Shown here piece after piece: positions 9,193-18,870 of a DNA stretch of 64,000 nt. A program made the translations under genes and the position numbers. The notes beneath the pieces were generated by a model. That model was not told the DNA's origin. It saw nothing but the letters and a program-made list of their open reading frames with translations, and ran no database searches. The DNA is taken from positions 91,167 to 155,166 of the forward strand of contig CAVUHR010000023.1 in NCBI GenBank assembly GCA_963741245.1, in the 5' to 3' direction. Source of the stretch: Nitrospirota bacterium. GTDB taxonomy: Bacteria; Nitrospirota; Nitrospiria; Nitrospirales; Nitrospiraceae. How positions within the stretch are numbered: position 1 is the stretch's first letter; the number at the start of each line of letters is the position of its first letter.

Positions 9193-11091
9193 TTAAAAGA
9201 ATAAGAACATTGTGAAAAGGACCACAGCCCCAAGCGCCATACCGAGCGCATAATGTTGCGTCTGTCCGCTTTGCATGATCCTCAAGAGCCACCCTCCCCA
9301 GGCGATCGCACGGGCCACGCCGTTCACCGCGCCGTCGATCACGTTCACATCCACACGCTTCCACAGTTCGGTTGCGGCAGAAAAGGTGGGGCGGACGATC
9401 GTTCGATCGTAGGCCTCGTCGACATACCATTTATTCAGTGAGGCCTGATACAACGACTGCCACCGTCGAGCAAATTGATCCGGCAGCGCCGGGTGGCGTA
9501 CATAGACATAATAGGCGCCGGCGATCCCGAGTAATCCCATGCCCGTGGCCACCACCATGATGCCTATAGCGGCTCCTCCCTCGTGAGCAGCGCCACCTGC
9601 GTCTGTCTCGAACATTGGTCCAAGAAACTCCGGAATGCCTAGATAGCCTGTGACGATGCTGAGCACTGCCAGGATTATCAGCGGCAGGGTCATGGTGTTC
9701 GAAGGTTCGTGTACGTGGTCTGCATGATGAGGATCAACATGCGAGGGGCCCCAAAATGTGACGAAGACCAGTCTGAAGCTGTAGAACGCCGTCATCAACG
9801 CCGTCACGAGTCCCAGGACCGTCAAGCATTGACCGAGCGGGCCGGTCGACCAAGCCGAGACGAGCAGGTTGTCCTTGCTAAAGAATCCTGACGTCAGGGG
9901 AAATCCTGCAAGCGCGAGCGAGCCCACAACGAACGTCCAATAGGTGACCGGCAATTTGTCTTTTAACCCGCCCATGCGCCGCATGTCCTGCTCGTGATGC
10001 AGGGCGATGATGACGGACCCGCAACCGAGAAACAGGAGGGCTTTGAACGCGCCGTGGGTCAGGAGATGGTACATGCCGGCGGCATAGGCGCCGAGACCAC
10101 AGGCCATGATCATGTAGCCGAGCTGGCTGACTGTCGAGTAGGCCACGACACGCTTGATATCGGTCTGGGTCAAGGCGATGGTCGCCCCAACGACCATCGT
10201 CACTCCGCCGGTGACCGCCACGACCGCCATGGCGACGGGAGACAGGTTATACAGCGGAGCCAATCGCGCGACCATGAACACGCCCGCTGTGACCATCGTC
10301 GCAGCATGGATGAGCGCCGAGATGGGGGTGGGGCCTTCCATCGCATCCGGCAGCCATACGTGGAGCGGCACTTGGGCCGATTTGCCGACTGCGCCGGTGA
10401 ACAATAAGACGCAGATGAGTGTGAGCACGGAGACGTCCCAGGTTCCTCCGAACGGACCGAGGACATTCATGACGTCGCCTGCGGATTCGTGCGCGCGGGC
10501 AAAAATTTCGTCATAGTCGAGTGACCCAAAGCTGTACCAGACCAACAGGAGGCCGAGCATGAAGCCGAAATCGCCGACGCGGTTGACGATGAAGGCCTTC
10601 GTGGCGGCGGAGCAGGCAGCTGGGCGATCGTACCAGTGGCCGATGAGCAAATAGGAACAGAGACCGACTGCTTCCCAGAAGATGAAGAGTTGAAACAGGT
10701 TGTCCGCCATGACCAACATCAGCATCGAGAAGGTAAAGAGGGCGATGTAGCTGAAGAAACGGACATAGCCCGGTTCTCCGTGCATGTACCCGATGGTATA
10801 GACATGGACGAGTGAACTGACGGTTGTGACTAGGAGCAACATCACAGCGGTGAGCCGGTCGATGGAGAAGCCGATGTGAAGATCGAGCATGCCCGAGGTC
10901 AGCCAGGTGTAGAGAGGGAAGCTCGTCTGGTGGCCGCCTGCCACGTCGAAGAAGACCAAGAGCGAGAGCAGCAACGACACGACTACCGCTGGTACGGCGA
11001 CGAGATGGGCCTTGTCCTTGATCCAATGTCCGAAAAGCCCGAGAATCAGGAAGGCGGCGAAGGGAAGCAGTGGAATCAGTGCGTACGTCAT
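9193..11091 (-). CDS. nuoL: NADH-quinone oxidoreductase subunit L
   Basis: 632 aa. ND5/NuoL motifs (VWLPDAMEGPTPISALIHAATMV). Confidence 0.95.
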   Translation of the reverse strand: MTYALIPLLPFAAFLILGLFGHWIKDKAHLVAVPAVVVSLLLSLLVFFDVAGGHQTSFPLYTWLTSGMLDLHIGFSIDRLTAVMLLLVTTVSSLVHVYTIGYMHGEPGYVRFFSYIALFTFSMLMLVMADNLFQLFIFWEAVGLCSYLLIGHWYDRPAACSAATKAFIVNRVGDFGFMLGLLLVWYSFGSLDYDEIFARAHESAGDVMNVLGPFGGTWDVSVLTLICVLLFTGAVGKSAQVPLHVWLPDAMEGPTPISALIHAATMVTAGVFMVARLAPLYNLSPVAMAVVAVTGGVTMVVGATIALTQTDIKRVVAYSTVSQLGYMIMACGLGAYAAGMYHLLTHGAFKALLFLGCGSVIIALHHEQDMRRMGGLKDKLPVTYWTFVVGSLALAGFPLTSGFFSKDNLLVSAWSTGPLGQCLTVLGLVTALMTAFYSFRLVFVTFWGPSHVDPHHADHVHEPSNTMTLPLIILAVLSIVTGYLGIPEFLGPMFETDAGGAAHEGGAAIGIMVVATGMGLLGIAGAYYVYVRHPALPDQFARRWQSLYQASLNKWYVDEAYDRTIVRPTFSAATELWKRVDVNVIDGAVNGVARAIAWGGWLLRIMQSGQTQHYALGMALGAVVLFTMFLFF

Positions 11092-11095
11092 CGGC

Positions 11096-11194
11096 GGTCA
11101 ATAGTCACTGGTCATTGGTCAATGGGTCACGGAGAAAAAGCAGGCTGGAGCCATATTCCCTCACCAATGACTGTTGACCAATGACCGTTGACAT
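11096..11194. repeat. Heptamer-array hairpin, (GGTCAWT)n
   Basis: GGTCAAT AGTCACT GGTCATT GGTCAAT GGGTCAC ... CACC AATGACT GTTGACC AATGACC GTTGACA. Fills the nuoK-nuoL spacer. Confidence 0.85.
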
Positions 11195-11202
11195 CCTCTC
11201 CC

Positions 11203-11508
11203 CTACCATTTCAGCAACTGAAAATCGTCGATGTTGATCGTGGACTTGGCTCGATACAAGGCAATGATGATGGCCAACCCGACCGCGACCTCTGCCGCGG
11301 CGACCGTGAGGGCAAAGAAGACGAAGACTTGTCCTGCGACATCGTGGAAGTACTGCGAAAAGGCAACGAAGTTGATATTCGTCGCGTTCAACATCAATTC
11401 GACCGACAGCAGGATGATGATAATGTTCCGACGAAGGAGGACTCCGATGACTCCGGTCAGGAACACGATGCCGCTTAACACGAGATAGTAGGACAGTGGA
11501 ATGGTCAT
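11203..11508 (-). CDS. nuoK: NADH-quinone oxidoreductase subunit K
   Basis: 101 aa, 3 TM helices, [18 protein letters not shown]. Confidence 0.95.
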   Translation of the reverse strand: MTIPLSYYLVLSGIVFLTGVIGVLLRRNIIIILLSVELMLNATNINFVAFSQYFHDVAGQVFVFFALTVAAAEVAVGLAIIIALYRAKSTINIDDFQLLKW

Positions 11509-11580
11509 TGGTCATTGGCCATCAGGTTAAGAACTCGAATGAATCCAGCATCCACTCTTCACCATTGACGCTTCACGCCT
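11501..11580. repeat. Weaker member of the GGTCATT / GCCTNAC hairpin family
   Basis: Left arm GGTCATTGGTCATTGGCC contains the nuoK ATG. Right arm CACCATTGACGCTTCACGCCTTATGCC. Pairing is poorer than at the other loci. Confidence 0.45.
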
Positions 11581-12098
11581 TATGCCTCATGTCCGCCGAT
11601 GTCTTTCTTGGCGAGCATGATCGCACCGATCATCGCCACGAGCAGAATCAAGGACGCCACCTCGAAGGGAAACAAATAGGTGGAATAGAGTACGTCACCG
11701 ATCGCCTCGGAATTACTGGTTCCTCCGACAGTGGTTTCTGTGCCGGTTGCCACGACCGGGGTTGTCCAGCCCTTCATCGCCGTGAGGATGACGGCCTCGA
11801 TGACCAGCGTCACACCCACCGCGGCAGCCATGGGCCATTGTCGATGGTAACGGTCATCCTGTCGCAGGTTCAGCAACATCACAACGAAGAGGTACAGGAC
11901 TAAGATGGCGCCGGCGTAGACGATGATTTGAACGGCTGCGAGGAATTCCGCGTGGAGGGTGACGTAGAGCCCCGCCACATGAAAAAACATAATCAGCAGC
12001 GCCAGCGCACTGTAGATGGGATTGCGCACCGCGACGACAAGCACCGATGCGGCGGCGATTACAAATGCAAAATAGAAAAAGAACACCTGTTCCATCAC
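11580..12098 (-). CDS. nuoJ: NADH-quinone oxidoreductase subunit J
   Basis: 172 aa, ND6/NuoJ-like TM protein in the operon position between nuoI and nuoK. Confidence 0.9.
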   Translation of the reverse strand: MMEQVFFFYFAFVIAAASVLVVAVRNPIYSALALLIMFFHVAGLYVTLHAEFLAAVQIIVYAGAILVLYLFVVMLLNLRQDDRYHRQWPMAAAVGVTLVIEAVILTAMKGWTTPVVATGTETTVGGTSNSEAIGDVLYSTYLFPFEVASLILLVAMIGAIMLAKKDIGGHEA

Positions 12099-12183
12099 AC
12101 GTCTTCCTCTGTGCCGCTAGTTAGGATGCCGGCAAAGTTTGCCGGTCCCATAGACTGTGGTGCGTAAAGCGCGAGAACCGGCA

Positions 12184-12253
12184 GGTCTCTCTTGTTTATC
12201 TGGTCTGTCTCGTTGTTTGGTTGAACCAGATAGACCAGATGAACCAGCTCAAC
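12184..12253. repeat. Nonamer-array palindrome (GGTYTRTYT type)
   Basis: CTTGTTTATCTGGTCTGTCTCGTTGTTTGGTTGAACCAGATAGACCAGATGAACCAG, in the nuoI-nuoJ spacer. Confidence 0.75.
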
Positions 12254-12313
12254 CCTCGCCTGTCCCGCTTATCTCGCTGTTTCCGCTATTCCCGTCGACC
12301 TCGCACAGGCGAT

Positions 12314-12853
12314 TCAGCCGGGTTTTTGCGGCAGGTGCTTGAACGCGACGTTGAAGAACGCCACATTCGGGTGTTGGAGCTCCAACTGCTTCTCGCGAAC
12401 CGGGAACGACCGGTCGCCGATGGCGAGCAATTGTTCCTTGTTGAGGTTCAGCTGCCGCTTATCGTACACCGCCCACTCGTATTCGCGAGTCATGCCGAGG
12501 GCATCCACCGGACAGGCATCGACGCACATTCCGCAAAACAGGCAGCGGGTCATGTCCATGTAATATTCTTTCGCGTAGCGCTTCGTCGGCTCGCCCGGCA
12601 CTTCCGCGCTGACCACGCGAATCACCCGCGACGGGCAGGCGGCTTCGCACAGGTCGCAGCCGACACACTTTTCCGTCCCGTCGTCGTACCGCAACAGGGC
12701 CAACATCCCGCGATAGTTGTCCGGTAGCGTCCGCTTTTCGTGCGGGTATTGCAGGGTGATCGGCTTGTAATGGATCAAATGCGAGATCGTCACTTTCATC
12801 CCGACGAGGATTTCATAGAAAGTGATGGTCTTGATCCAAGTCTTAAATGTCAT
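12314..12853 (-). CDS. nuoI: NADH-quinone oxidoreductase subunit I (2x[4Fe-4S])
   Basis: CVGCDLCEAACP and CLFCGMCVDACP ferredoxin motifs. Confidence 0.95.
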   Translation of the reverse strand: MTFKTWIKTITFYEILVGMKVTISHLIHYKPITLQYPHEKRTLPDNYRGMLALLRYDDGTEKCVGCDLCEAACPSRVIRVVSAEVPGEPTKRYAKEYYMDMTRCLFCGMCVDACPVDALGMTREYEWAVYDKRQLNLNKEQLLAIGDRSFPVREKQLELQHPNVAFFNVAFKHLPQKPG

Positions 12854-12860
12854 TCTTGCC

Positions 12861-12940
12861 CAGCCCTCAGCGATCAGCTTTCAGCAGTCAACTTCACCAA
12901 GATTCACATCCAAAGCTGACAGCTGATGGCTGACAGCTTG
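12861..12940. repeat. Heptamer-array hairpin, (CAGCNNT)n / (ANNGCTG)n
   Basis: CAGCCCT CAGCGAT CAGCTTT CAGCAGT ... AAAGCTG ACAGCTG ATGGCTG ACAGCTT. Fills the nuoH-nuoI spacer. Confidence 0.8.
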
Positions 12941-12945
12941 TTGCT

Positions 12946-14058
12946 TCAACGCGGAAAGACATACACGGTAATGGCCGTGATGATGATGTTGGCCAGCGCG
13001 ATCGGCAACATGACCTTCCAGCCGAACCGCATCAATTGATCGTAGCGCAGTCGGGGCAACGTGGCGCGTATCCAGACGAATAGGAAGAGGAAAAAGTAGA
13101 CTTTCGCCGCAAACCAGGCGATGTGTTCCACCCAGGCCAGCTGCTCGAGGCCGACATACCCAAAGATCGTGCCAGGATAGGGGGCGTTCCAGCCACCCAA
13201 GAACAGCGAGGCGGCGACGCAGGACACGAGAGTCATGCTGGCGTATTCCGCGCTGACGAAGAAGGCAAACCGCATGCCGCTATATTCCGTAAAGAACCCG
13301 GCCACGAGTTCGCTTTCCGCTTCCGGCAGATCGAATGGGATACGATTGGTCTCGGCCACGGAAGAAATGATGAAGACGACAAAGGCGAAGATTTGGGTAT
13401 GGATAGGAAAGAATCCGTCGGGGCGTGCTCCCCAGATGAACCAATGCCAGAAGCCGCCTGCCTGGGCTTCTGTGATCTCCACGAGGCTCAGAGATCCTGC
13501 CAACAGCAGGACGCCGACGATGGCCAGCCCGACGTTCAACTCGTAGCTGATGACCTGGGCCGCGGCGCGCAAGCCTCCCAGCAGTGAGTACTTGCTGTTG
13601 GATGACCAACCTCCCAGGATAATGCCGTAGGCGCCGATCGAGGCAATCGCCAGGATATACAAGATCCCGATGTTGATGTCAGCGACGACGAACGGTTTGA
13701 CCGTGATCCCAAAGATGTCCATGGTTATGTTCGGGCCGAAGGGGATGACGGCGAATCCGATCATGGAAACGACCATGGTCAGCATCGGCGCCAGGGCAAA
13801 CATGGCCTTGTTCGCGCCGGCCGGCGTGATGTCCTCCTTGAAGAACAATTTGATGCCGTCGGCCACCGGTTGAAGGATTCCATAGGGACCGACTTCCATC
13901 GGGCCCATGCGATCCTGCATCCAGCCGAGCACCTTCCGCTCGAAATAGGTCATGGTCGCAACCGTTATCATCACGATACCCATCTCCGCCAGTATCTGGG
14001 CGAGCGAAACTGCAAGTCGCAAGCTTAGTTCAGTCACGACAGCACTCCCGTATGACAA
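12946..14058 (-). CDS. nuoH: NADH-quinone oxidoreductase subunit H
   Basis: 370 aa. ND1/NuoH motifs (ERKVLGWMQDRMGP, AETNRIPFDLPEAESELVAGF). Confidence 0.95.
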   Translation of the reverse strand: MSYGSAVVTELSLRLAVSLAQILAEMGIVMITVATMTYFERKVLGWMQDRMGPMEVGPYGILQPVADGIKLFFKEDITPAGANKAMFALAPMLTMVVSMIGFAVIPFGPNITMDIFGITVKPFVVADINIGILYILAIASIGAYGIILGGWSSNSKYSLLGGLRAAAQVISYELNVGLAIVGVLLLAGSLSLVEITEAQAGGFWHWFIWGARPDGFFPIHTQIFAFVVFIISSVAETNRIPFDLPEAESELVAGFFTEYSGMRFAFFVSAEYASMTLVSCVAASLFLGGWNAPYPGTIFGYVGLEQLAWVEHIAWFAAKVYFFLFLFVWIRATLPRLRYDQLMRFGWKVMLPIALANIIITAITVYVFPR

Positions 14059-14085
14059 GTGGGAACATCATTGGTTCTCGTCCGC

Positions 14086-16755
14086 TTACGTTGTTTTCAT
14101 CACCGACACGGACACTGTCCGACAGGATGGGACTTTCGTATCCGGATCGATGACACAGTCAAAGAGTTGCAGGGCCTCCTGCGCAAAGTGATCGGGGAGC
14201 CAGGCCAATCCCTCGGGCACGCGATCGAATACTTTCACCGTGGTCGTGAATTCGCCGCGGCTGTTCGAGAGGCGAACTCGATCTCCCGTGCCGAGGGCGC
14301 ATTGAGCGGCATCCACGGGATTCATCTGCAAGAACCCGCTCGGTTCGATCTGCAGTAGACCCTTCGAATGGGTCGACAGCTTCCCTGAATGGAACAGGCT
14401 CTGGACCAACCCAAGCTGGACCGTTCCCTCAGGACGCACGGCTCGTGCGGGCAGAGTATACCGAGTTGCAAAGTCGTGGCGATATCCCTCGTTCACGTAT
14501 CGGTCGACGGCGGCAGGATCCACTGAGGGAGGGATCGGCGATGGGCCGAGCGATCCGTAACCGGGAATCACCGCCCGGATCTCTTTGAGGATTTCCTTGG
14601 AATCGCCATATTCCAACGGAGCACCGAGGAAGACTGATAGTGCCGACAGGATTTCCCAGTCAGGGCGGCTGTCCCCCACCGGATCGATCGCAGGCCGAAC
14701 GGCCTGGACATGGCCCTCGGTATTGGTGAAGGTCCCGGCTTTTTCCATGGCGGAGGCTGCCGGCAGTACCACATGAGCGAGCGCAGCCGTTTCCGTGAGA
14801 AATAGTTCCTGGCACACAAGGAGATCGAGTTTGCCCAGTGCCTCTTTGACTCCGGTCTGGGGCGGAAGGCTCCCGACAGGATTTTCTCCGATGATGAAGA
14901 GGCTCTTGATGATCCCGGCTTGCGCACGGTCGATCATCTCGATGAGTGTGGCTCCTGCCGCCAGAGGGAGTTCCTCTTTCCAGGCACGAGTCATCTGGGC
15001 GCACGCGTCCTGATCGGTGAGGTCGAGCGCTCCCGGCAGCAGTTCCGCGATCGCTCCCATTTCAACCGCCCCTTGATCGTTATTCTCTTCCGCCAAGGGA
15101 GCAAAGCCGCAGCCCTGTGCGGTCAACTTCCCTGTCAAGAGAAGCAGATCCAGGAGATTGAGACAGATGCCATAGCCGCCTTGGCTGCGTAACAGAACCT
15201 GGCCGGCCAGTGCCACGACGCGGCGTCCTCCAGCCACGGAGGCGGCCATGTGAGCGAATGATTCGCGCGATATCCCTGTGCTCAGAGCCAGATCGTCCCA
15301 GGCCAGTTGCTGGACCGCTTGAGAGACGGCCGAGACATAGTCTGACGCCCGTTGCCGGATTGTGCTGTCGATATGGTTTTCCTCAACCACAGCCTTCAGC
15401 AGGCCGAGGACGGCTGCTCCGAACTGGGACGGTGCCACACAGAGATGTTGCTGCGACAGGTTGGTAATGTTGCTGATCGTGCCGATTGCAGGCTGGATTG
15501 CCTCGATCGTCAACAATGTCGCTTCGTGTTTCTTGACGGCTTCTTTTATTTTAAGTCCGGTAATTGGATTGGTTTCGGTGATGTTGGTGCCGACCAGGAG
15601 GAGCACGTCCGCTTGCGTGATGTCCTCAAACGTCACGGTCCAGCGATGCGTGCCTTGCACCAAACGCATGGCCTGCACCCCGTTGACATGGCCGTACCGC
15701 GCGCTGCTATCGAGGTTATTGGTTCCGATCGTGAGTCGCATGAACTTCTGGAACAGATAGAGTTCTTCGTTGGTACAGCGGCCGGAAATCAGTCCGCCGA
15801 AGGCCTGCGGGCCATGTGCTAACTTGAGCCGCTTGGTCTGTTCGGCCACAAATTCCAACGCCTCTTCCCACGTGGCTTGGACCAGCGCACCGTTCCGGCT
15901 GATCAACGGATGGGTCACTCGGCTGGGATGGCTTGTTGCGTGAAATCCAAAAAACCCGCGCGCACACAGGTCGCCGTTGTTTCGACCGGCACCCTGGGCG
16001 CTGTTGACCTCGATCAACTCCTGGTCCTTGGTTTGGACCGTGATCTGGCAGCCGTCGCCGCAAAAGGTGCAGACTGTGTCGGCGCGTTTGAGCATCCAGG
16101 GACGGTATTCGTACATCGAGAGCCGGCTGGTGATGGCGCCGACCGGGCAAATCTGCACGCAACCGCCGCAGAATTCGCAGTCCAAAGGATGGGCGCCGAA
16201 GTGCTTGATCTCGGTCATCGTGCCTCGTCCGACCGGGGCGAGGGCCTTGACGTCCATGACCTCGTCGCAGTAGCGGACACAACGCAAACATTGCACGCAA
16301 CGGTTCATCTGCGTTTCGATAAGGGGGCTGAAATATTCTTTCTGGAAAATGCGCTTGGTCTCGACAAATCGACTGGCAGTCGCGGTGTATTCATGGGAAA
16401 AATCCTGGAGGTCGCATTTCCCGCCCTGATCGCAGACCGGGCAATCCAACGGATGATTGGCCAGGATGAATTCGAGCACCGACTTGTGGGCGTCGTGAAC
16501 GACCGTCGTGGCGGTCCGAACAGCCATGCCCTCGGTCGCCACGGTGCTGCAAGAGGTCTGGAGTTTCGGCATCTTTTCGACTTCGACCAGGCACATGCGA
16601 CAGTTCGCATCCGGCTTGAGTTTTGGATGGTAGCAGAAGTGTGGAACCATCACGCCGACCCGGCGAGCGGCTTCGATCACCAGTGTGCCTTTCGGCACCG
16701 AGATGGGAATGCCGTCGATAGTCAATCGAACCATTTCTGTCGTGGTATTAGCCAT
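14086..16755 (-). CDS. nuoG: NADH-quinone oxidoreductase subunit G (molybdopterin-fold, Fe-S)
   Basis: 889 aa. N-terminal 2Fe-2S/4Fe-4S cysteine motifs (CYHPKL..CRMCLVEV; CPVCDQGGKCDLQ). Confidence 0.95.
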   Translation of the reverse strand: MANTTTEMVRLTIDGIPISVPKGTLVIEAARRVGVMVPHFCYHPKLKPDANCRMCLVEVEKMPKLQTSCSTVATEGMAVRTATTVVHDAHKSVLEFILANHPLDCPVCDQGGKCDLQDFSHEYTATASRFVETKRIFQKEYFSPLIETQMNRCVQCLRCVRYCDEVMDVKALAPVGRGTMTEIKHFGAHPLDCEFCGGCVQICPVGAITSRLSMYEYRPWMLKRADTVCTFCGDGCQITVQTKDQELIEVNSAQGAGRNNGDLCARGFFGFHATSHPSRVTHPLISRNGALVQATWEEALEFVAEQTKRLKLAHGPQAFGGLISGRCTNEELYLFQKFMRLTIGTNNLDSSARYGHVNGVQAMRLVQGTHRWTVTFEDITQADVLLLVGTNITETNPITGLKIKEAVKKHEATLLTIEAIQPAIGTISNITNLSQQHLCVAPSQFGAAVLGLLKAVVEENHIDSTIRQRASDYVSAVSQAVQQLAWDDLALSTGISRESFAHMAASVAGGRRVVALAGQVLLRSQGGYGICLNLLDLLLLTGKLTAQGCGFAPLAEENNDQGAVEMGAIAELLPGALDLTDQDACAQMTRAWKEELPLAAGATLIEMIDRAQAGIIKSLFIIGENPVGSLPPQTGVKEALGKLDLLVCQELFLTETAALAHVVLPAASAMEKAGTFTNTEGHVQAVRPAIDPVGDSRPDWEILSALSVFLGAPLEYGDSKEILKEIRAVIPGYGSLGPSPIPPSVDPAAVDRYVNEGYRHDFATRYTLPARAVRPEGTVQLGLVQSLFHSGKLSTHSKGLLQIEPSGFLQMNPVDAAQCALGTGDRVRLSNSRGEFTTTVKVFDRVPEGLAWLPDHFAQEALQLFDCVIDPDTKVPSCRTVSVSVMKTT

Positions 16756-16760
16756 GGGCG

Positions 16761-16846
16761 TCGTTATTCGTTAAACGTTAACTGTTAAACGATGAGACCA
16801 GAATCCATCCTATTCGATTAACGAAGAACGATTTACGTTTAACGTC
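16761..16846. repeat. Heptamer-array hairpin, (CGTTNNN)n
   Basis: CGTTATT CGTTAAA CGTTAAC TGTTAAA ... TTAACGA AGAACGA TTTACG TTTAACG. Fills the nuoF-nuoG spacer. Confidence 0.8.
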
Positions 16847-16847
16847 T

Positions 16848-18155
16848 TCAATGCCTCGCCCCCGCTGGTTCCGGCATGATCAGATTCGTTGCCTCCGCTT
16901 CATGAATCAGCGTGACGTACTCAGGCCGCCAATGTTTGAGCGTGCTCATAATCGGCGCCACTTCCGCATCGCCGAACGCGCAGACCGTTCGGCCCTCGAT
17001 GTTCTTGCATAGATCGACCAAGGTTTCAAGGTCCTCCATCCGACCTCGCTTCGCGACGATTCGGCGCATGGTTTGCACCAGCCAGGCGCTTCCCTCGCGG
17101 CAGGGGCTGCACTTGCCGCAGGACTCATGATAGAAAAACTCCATGAGGCGGAGCGCGGCCCACACCATATCCGTGCCCTCTTCCATCACGGTCACGCCGC
17201 CGGAGCCGAGCATGGAGCCGGCGGCGGCAACGGATTCAAAATCGAGTTTGACGTCGAGGTGGTTCGGCGTGAGGAATGGCGCTGACGCACCCCCCGGGAT
17301 GAAGGCCTTGAGCGGTTTGTCGGAGCGCATGCCGCCGGCTTGCTCATAGATCAATTCGCGGAAGGTAACCCCCATCGGCACTTCGTAGTTTCCCGGCCGT
17401 TTCACATGGCCGCTGACGCAGAAGATTCTGGTGCCGGTGCTCTTCGGCGGGGAGCCGATCGATGCGAACCATTCGGGGCCCCGGCTAATGATGTGAGGAA
17501 GATTTGCCAGGGTCTCGACGTTGTTCACCACGGTCGGTTTGTTGTAGAGACCATGTGTCGCAGGGAAGGGGGGCTTGACGCGCGGCAAGCCGCGCTTGCC
17601 TTCGAGCGACTCCAGCAATGCCGTTTCTTCTCCGCAGATATAGGCGCCGGCGCCTCGGTGCACCCACACATTGGCGGTGATTCCCGTGCCCAGGATGTTG
17701 GTTCCGATATAGCCGGCGGTCCGTGCTTCGGCGATCGCCTGTTCCAAGATCCTGGCCCCGAGGACGAATTCGCCTCGTATGTAAATGTAGGCGGACTCTG
17801 CTCCGATCGCGTAGCAAGAGAGCACGATGCCTTCTAATAGCTGATGGGGATCTCGTTCAATGAGCTGGCGGTCCTTGAACGTGCCTGGTTCGCTCTCGTC
17901 CGCGTTGCAACAGAGATAGCGCGGGCCCTGGTAGCCCTTGGGCAGGAATCCCCATTTCACACCGGTCGGGAAGCCTGCGCCACCTCGCCCCCGGAGCCCC
18001 GACTTCAACACTGTGGCGGTGACCTCGGGTGGCGGCACTTTCCCCACGACCTTGCGGAGCGCCTGGTAGCCACCTGCGCGCTCGTAATCTTGGAGCGAAC
18101 CGGTATAGCCTGGCTGCATCATATTCTTGAGCAATATAAGTTCGTGCTTCGGCAT
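16848..18155 (-). CDS. nuoF: NADH-quinone oxidoreductase subunit F (FMN/NADH-binding)
   Basis: GLRGRGGAGFPTG, YICGEETALLESLEG and ESCGKCSPCREG. Confidence 0.95.
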   Translation of the reverse strand: MPKHELILLKNMMQPGYTGSLQDYERAGGYQALRKVVGKVPPPEVTATVLKSGLRGRGGAGFPTGVKWGFLPKGYQGPRYLCCNADESEPGTFKDRQLIERDPHQLLEGIVLSCYAIGAESAYIYIRGEFVLGARILEQAIAEARTAGYIGTNILGTGITANVWVHRGAGAYICGEETALLESLEGKRGLPRVKPPFPATHGLYNKPTVVNNVETLANLPHIISRGPEWFASIGSPPKSTGTRIFCVSGHVKRPGNYEVPMGVTFRELIYEQAGGMRSDKPLKAFIPGGASAPFLTPNHLDVKLDFESVAAAGSMLGSGGVTVMEEGTDMVWAALRLMEFFYHESCGKCSPCREGSAWLVQTMRRIVAKRGRMEDLETLVDLCKNIEGRTVCAFGDAEVAPIMSTLKHWRPEYVTLIHEAEATNLIMPEPAGARH

Positions 18156-18164
18156 CTTTCTTTC

Positions 18165-18240
18165 GTTAGGCGTCAGGCGTGAGGCGTTAGGCGAAACCCA
18201 GGGGCCTGCCTACCCCTAACGCCTTACGTTTCACGCCTCA
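18165..18240. repeat. Heptamer-array hairpin, (GTNAGGC)n / (GCCTNAC)n
   Basis: GTTAGGC GTCAGGC GTGAGGC GTTAGGC ... CCCTAAC GCCTTAC GTTTCAC GCCTCAC. The right arm overlaps the last five codons of nuoE. Confidence 0.85.
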
Positions 18241-18763
18241 CGGCATTTGCAGGTTCAGGCCACATGAACGGGCCGGTCTTGAGCGAACAGGTCCCGTCTT
18301 TTTTGAGATCGACCAGGATTTGGTCGAATTTATCTTCTGTGAGCCGTTCGTAATAGTCCTCGTTGGCCTGCATCATCGGCGCGGTGCCACAGGCGGCGAG
18401 GCATTCGACCGTGCTGAGGGTAAAGAGTCCATCGGCCGTCGTCTCACCAGGTCCGATTCCGAGTTTCGTCTTGACCCACCCGATGACTGTATCCGATCCG
18501 GCCAGCGCGCACATCAGAGACTTGCAGACTTGAAGATGAAATTTCCCCACGCGCTTGAGATTGAGCATCGTATAGAACGTGGCCGTCTCATAGACTTGGG
18601 GCGGGGTCAGACGCAAGAGTCCTGCGATCTCCTTCATCGCCGCCTCGGACACGAAGCCCTCGTCCTGTTGCGCCAGGTACAGCAATGGAATCAACGCCGA
18701 GCGCTTCACCGGATACCGTGAGATGATCTCGTCAATTTCTTTCTGATATTTTTCTTTTAACAT
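18224..18763 (-). CDS. nuoE: NADH-quinone oxidoreductase subunit E (2Fe-2S)
   Basis: LQVCKSLMCALAG...VECLAACGTAPMM. The ORF opens at 18811; ATG 18763 (MLKEKYQKEIDEIISRYP) fits the family N-terminus. Confidence 0.9.
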   Translation of the reverse strand: MLKEKYQKEIDEIISRYPVKRSALIPLLYLAQQDEGFVSEAAMKEIAGLLRLTPPQVYETATFYTMLNLKRVGKFHLQVCKSLMCALAGSDTVIGWVKTKLGIGPGETTADGLFTLSTVECLAACGTAPMMQANEDYYERLTEDKFDQILVDLKKDGTCSLKTGPFMWPEPANAVRRET

Positions 18764-18870
18764 CACACTCTCTCTGTGACAGTGGCGTGAGAGAGCCTCT
18801 ATTGCGCGCATCGACCGAGTACCTTCTGAGCGTGCGCGGTCTGCGAGCAGGGAGGCCTCTCATGTCACGG

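Noticed and set aside
18786-18864. The nuoCD-nuoE spacer as another heptamer-array element.
   Set aside because: It has inverted segments (TGAGAGAGCCTC / GAGGCCTCTCA; GCGCGCA / TGCGCGG) but no tandem 7-mer periodicity, so it is not counted in the family.
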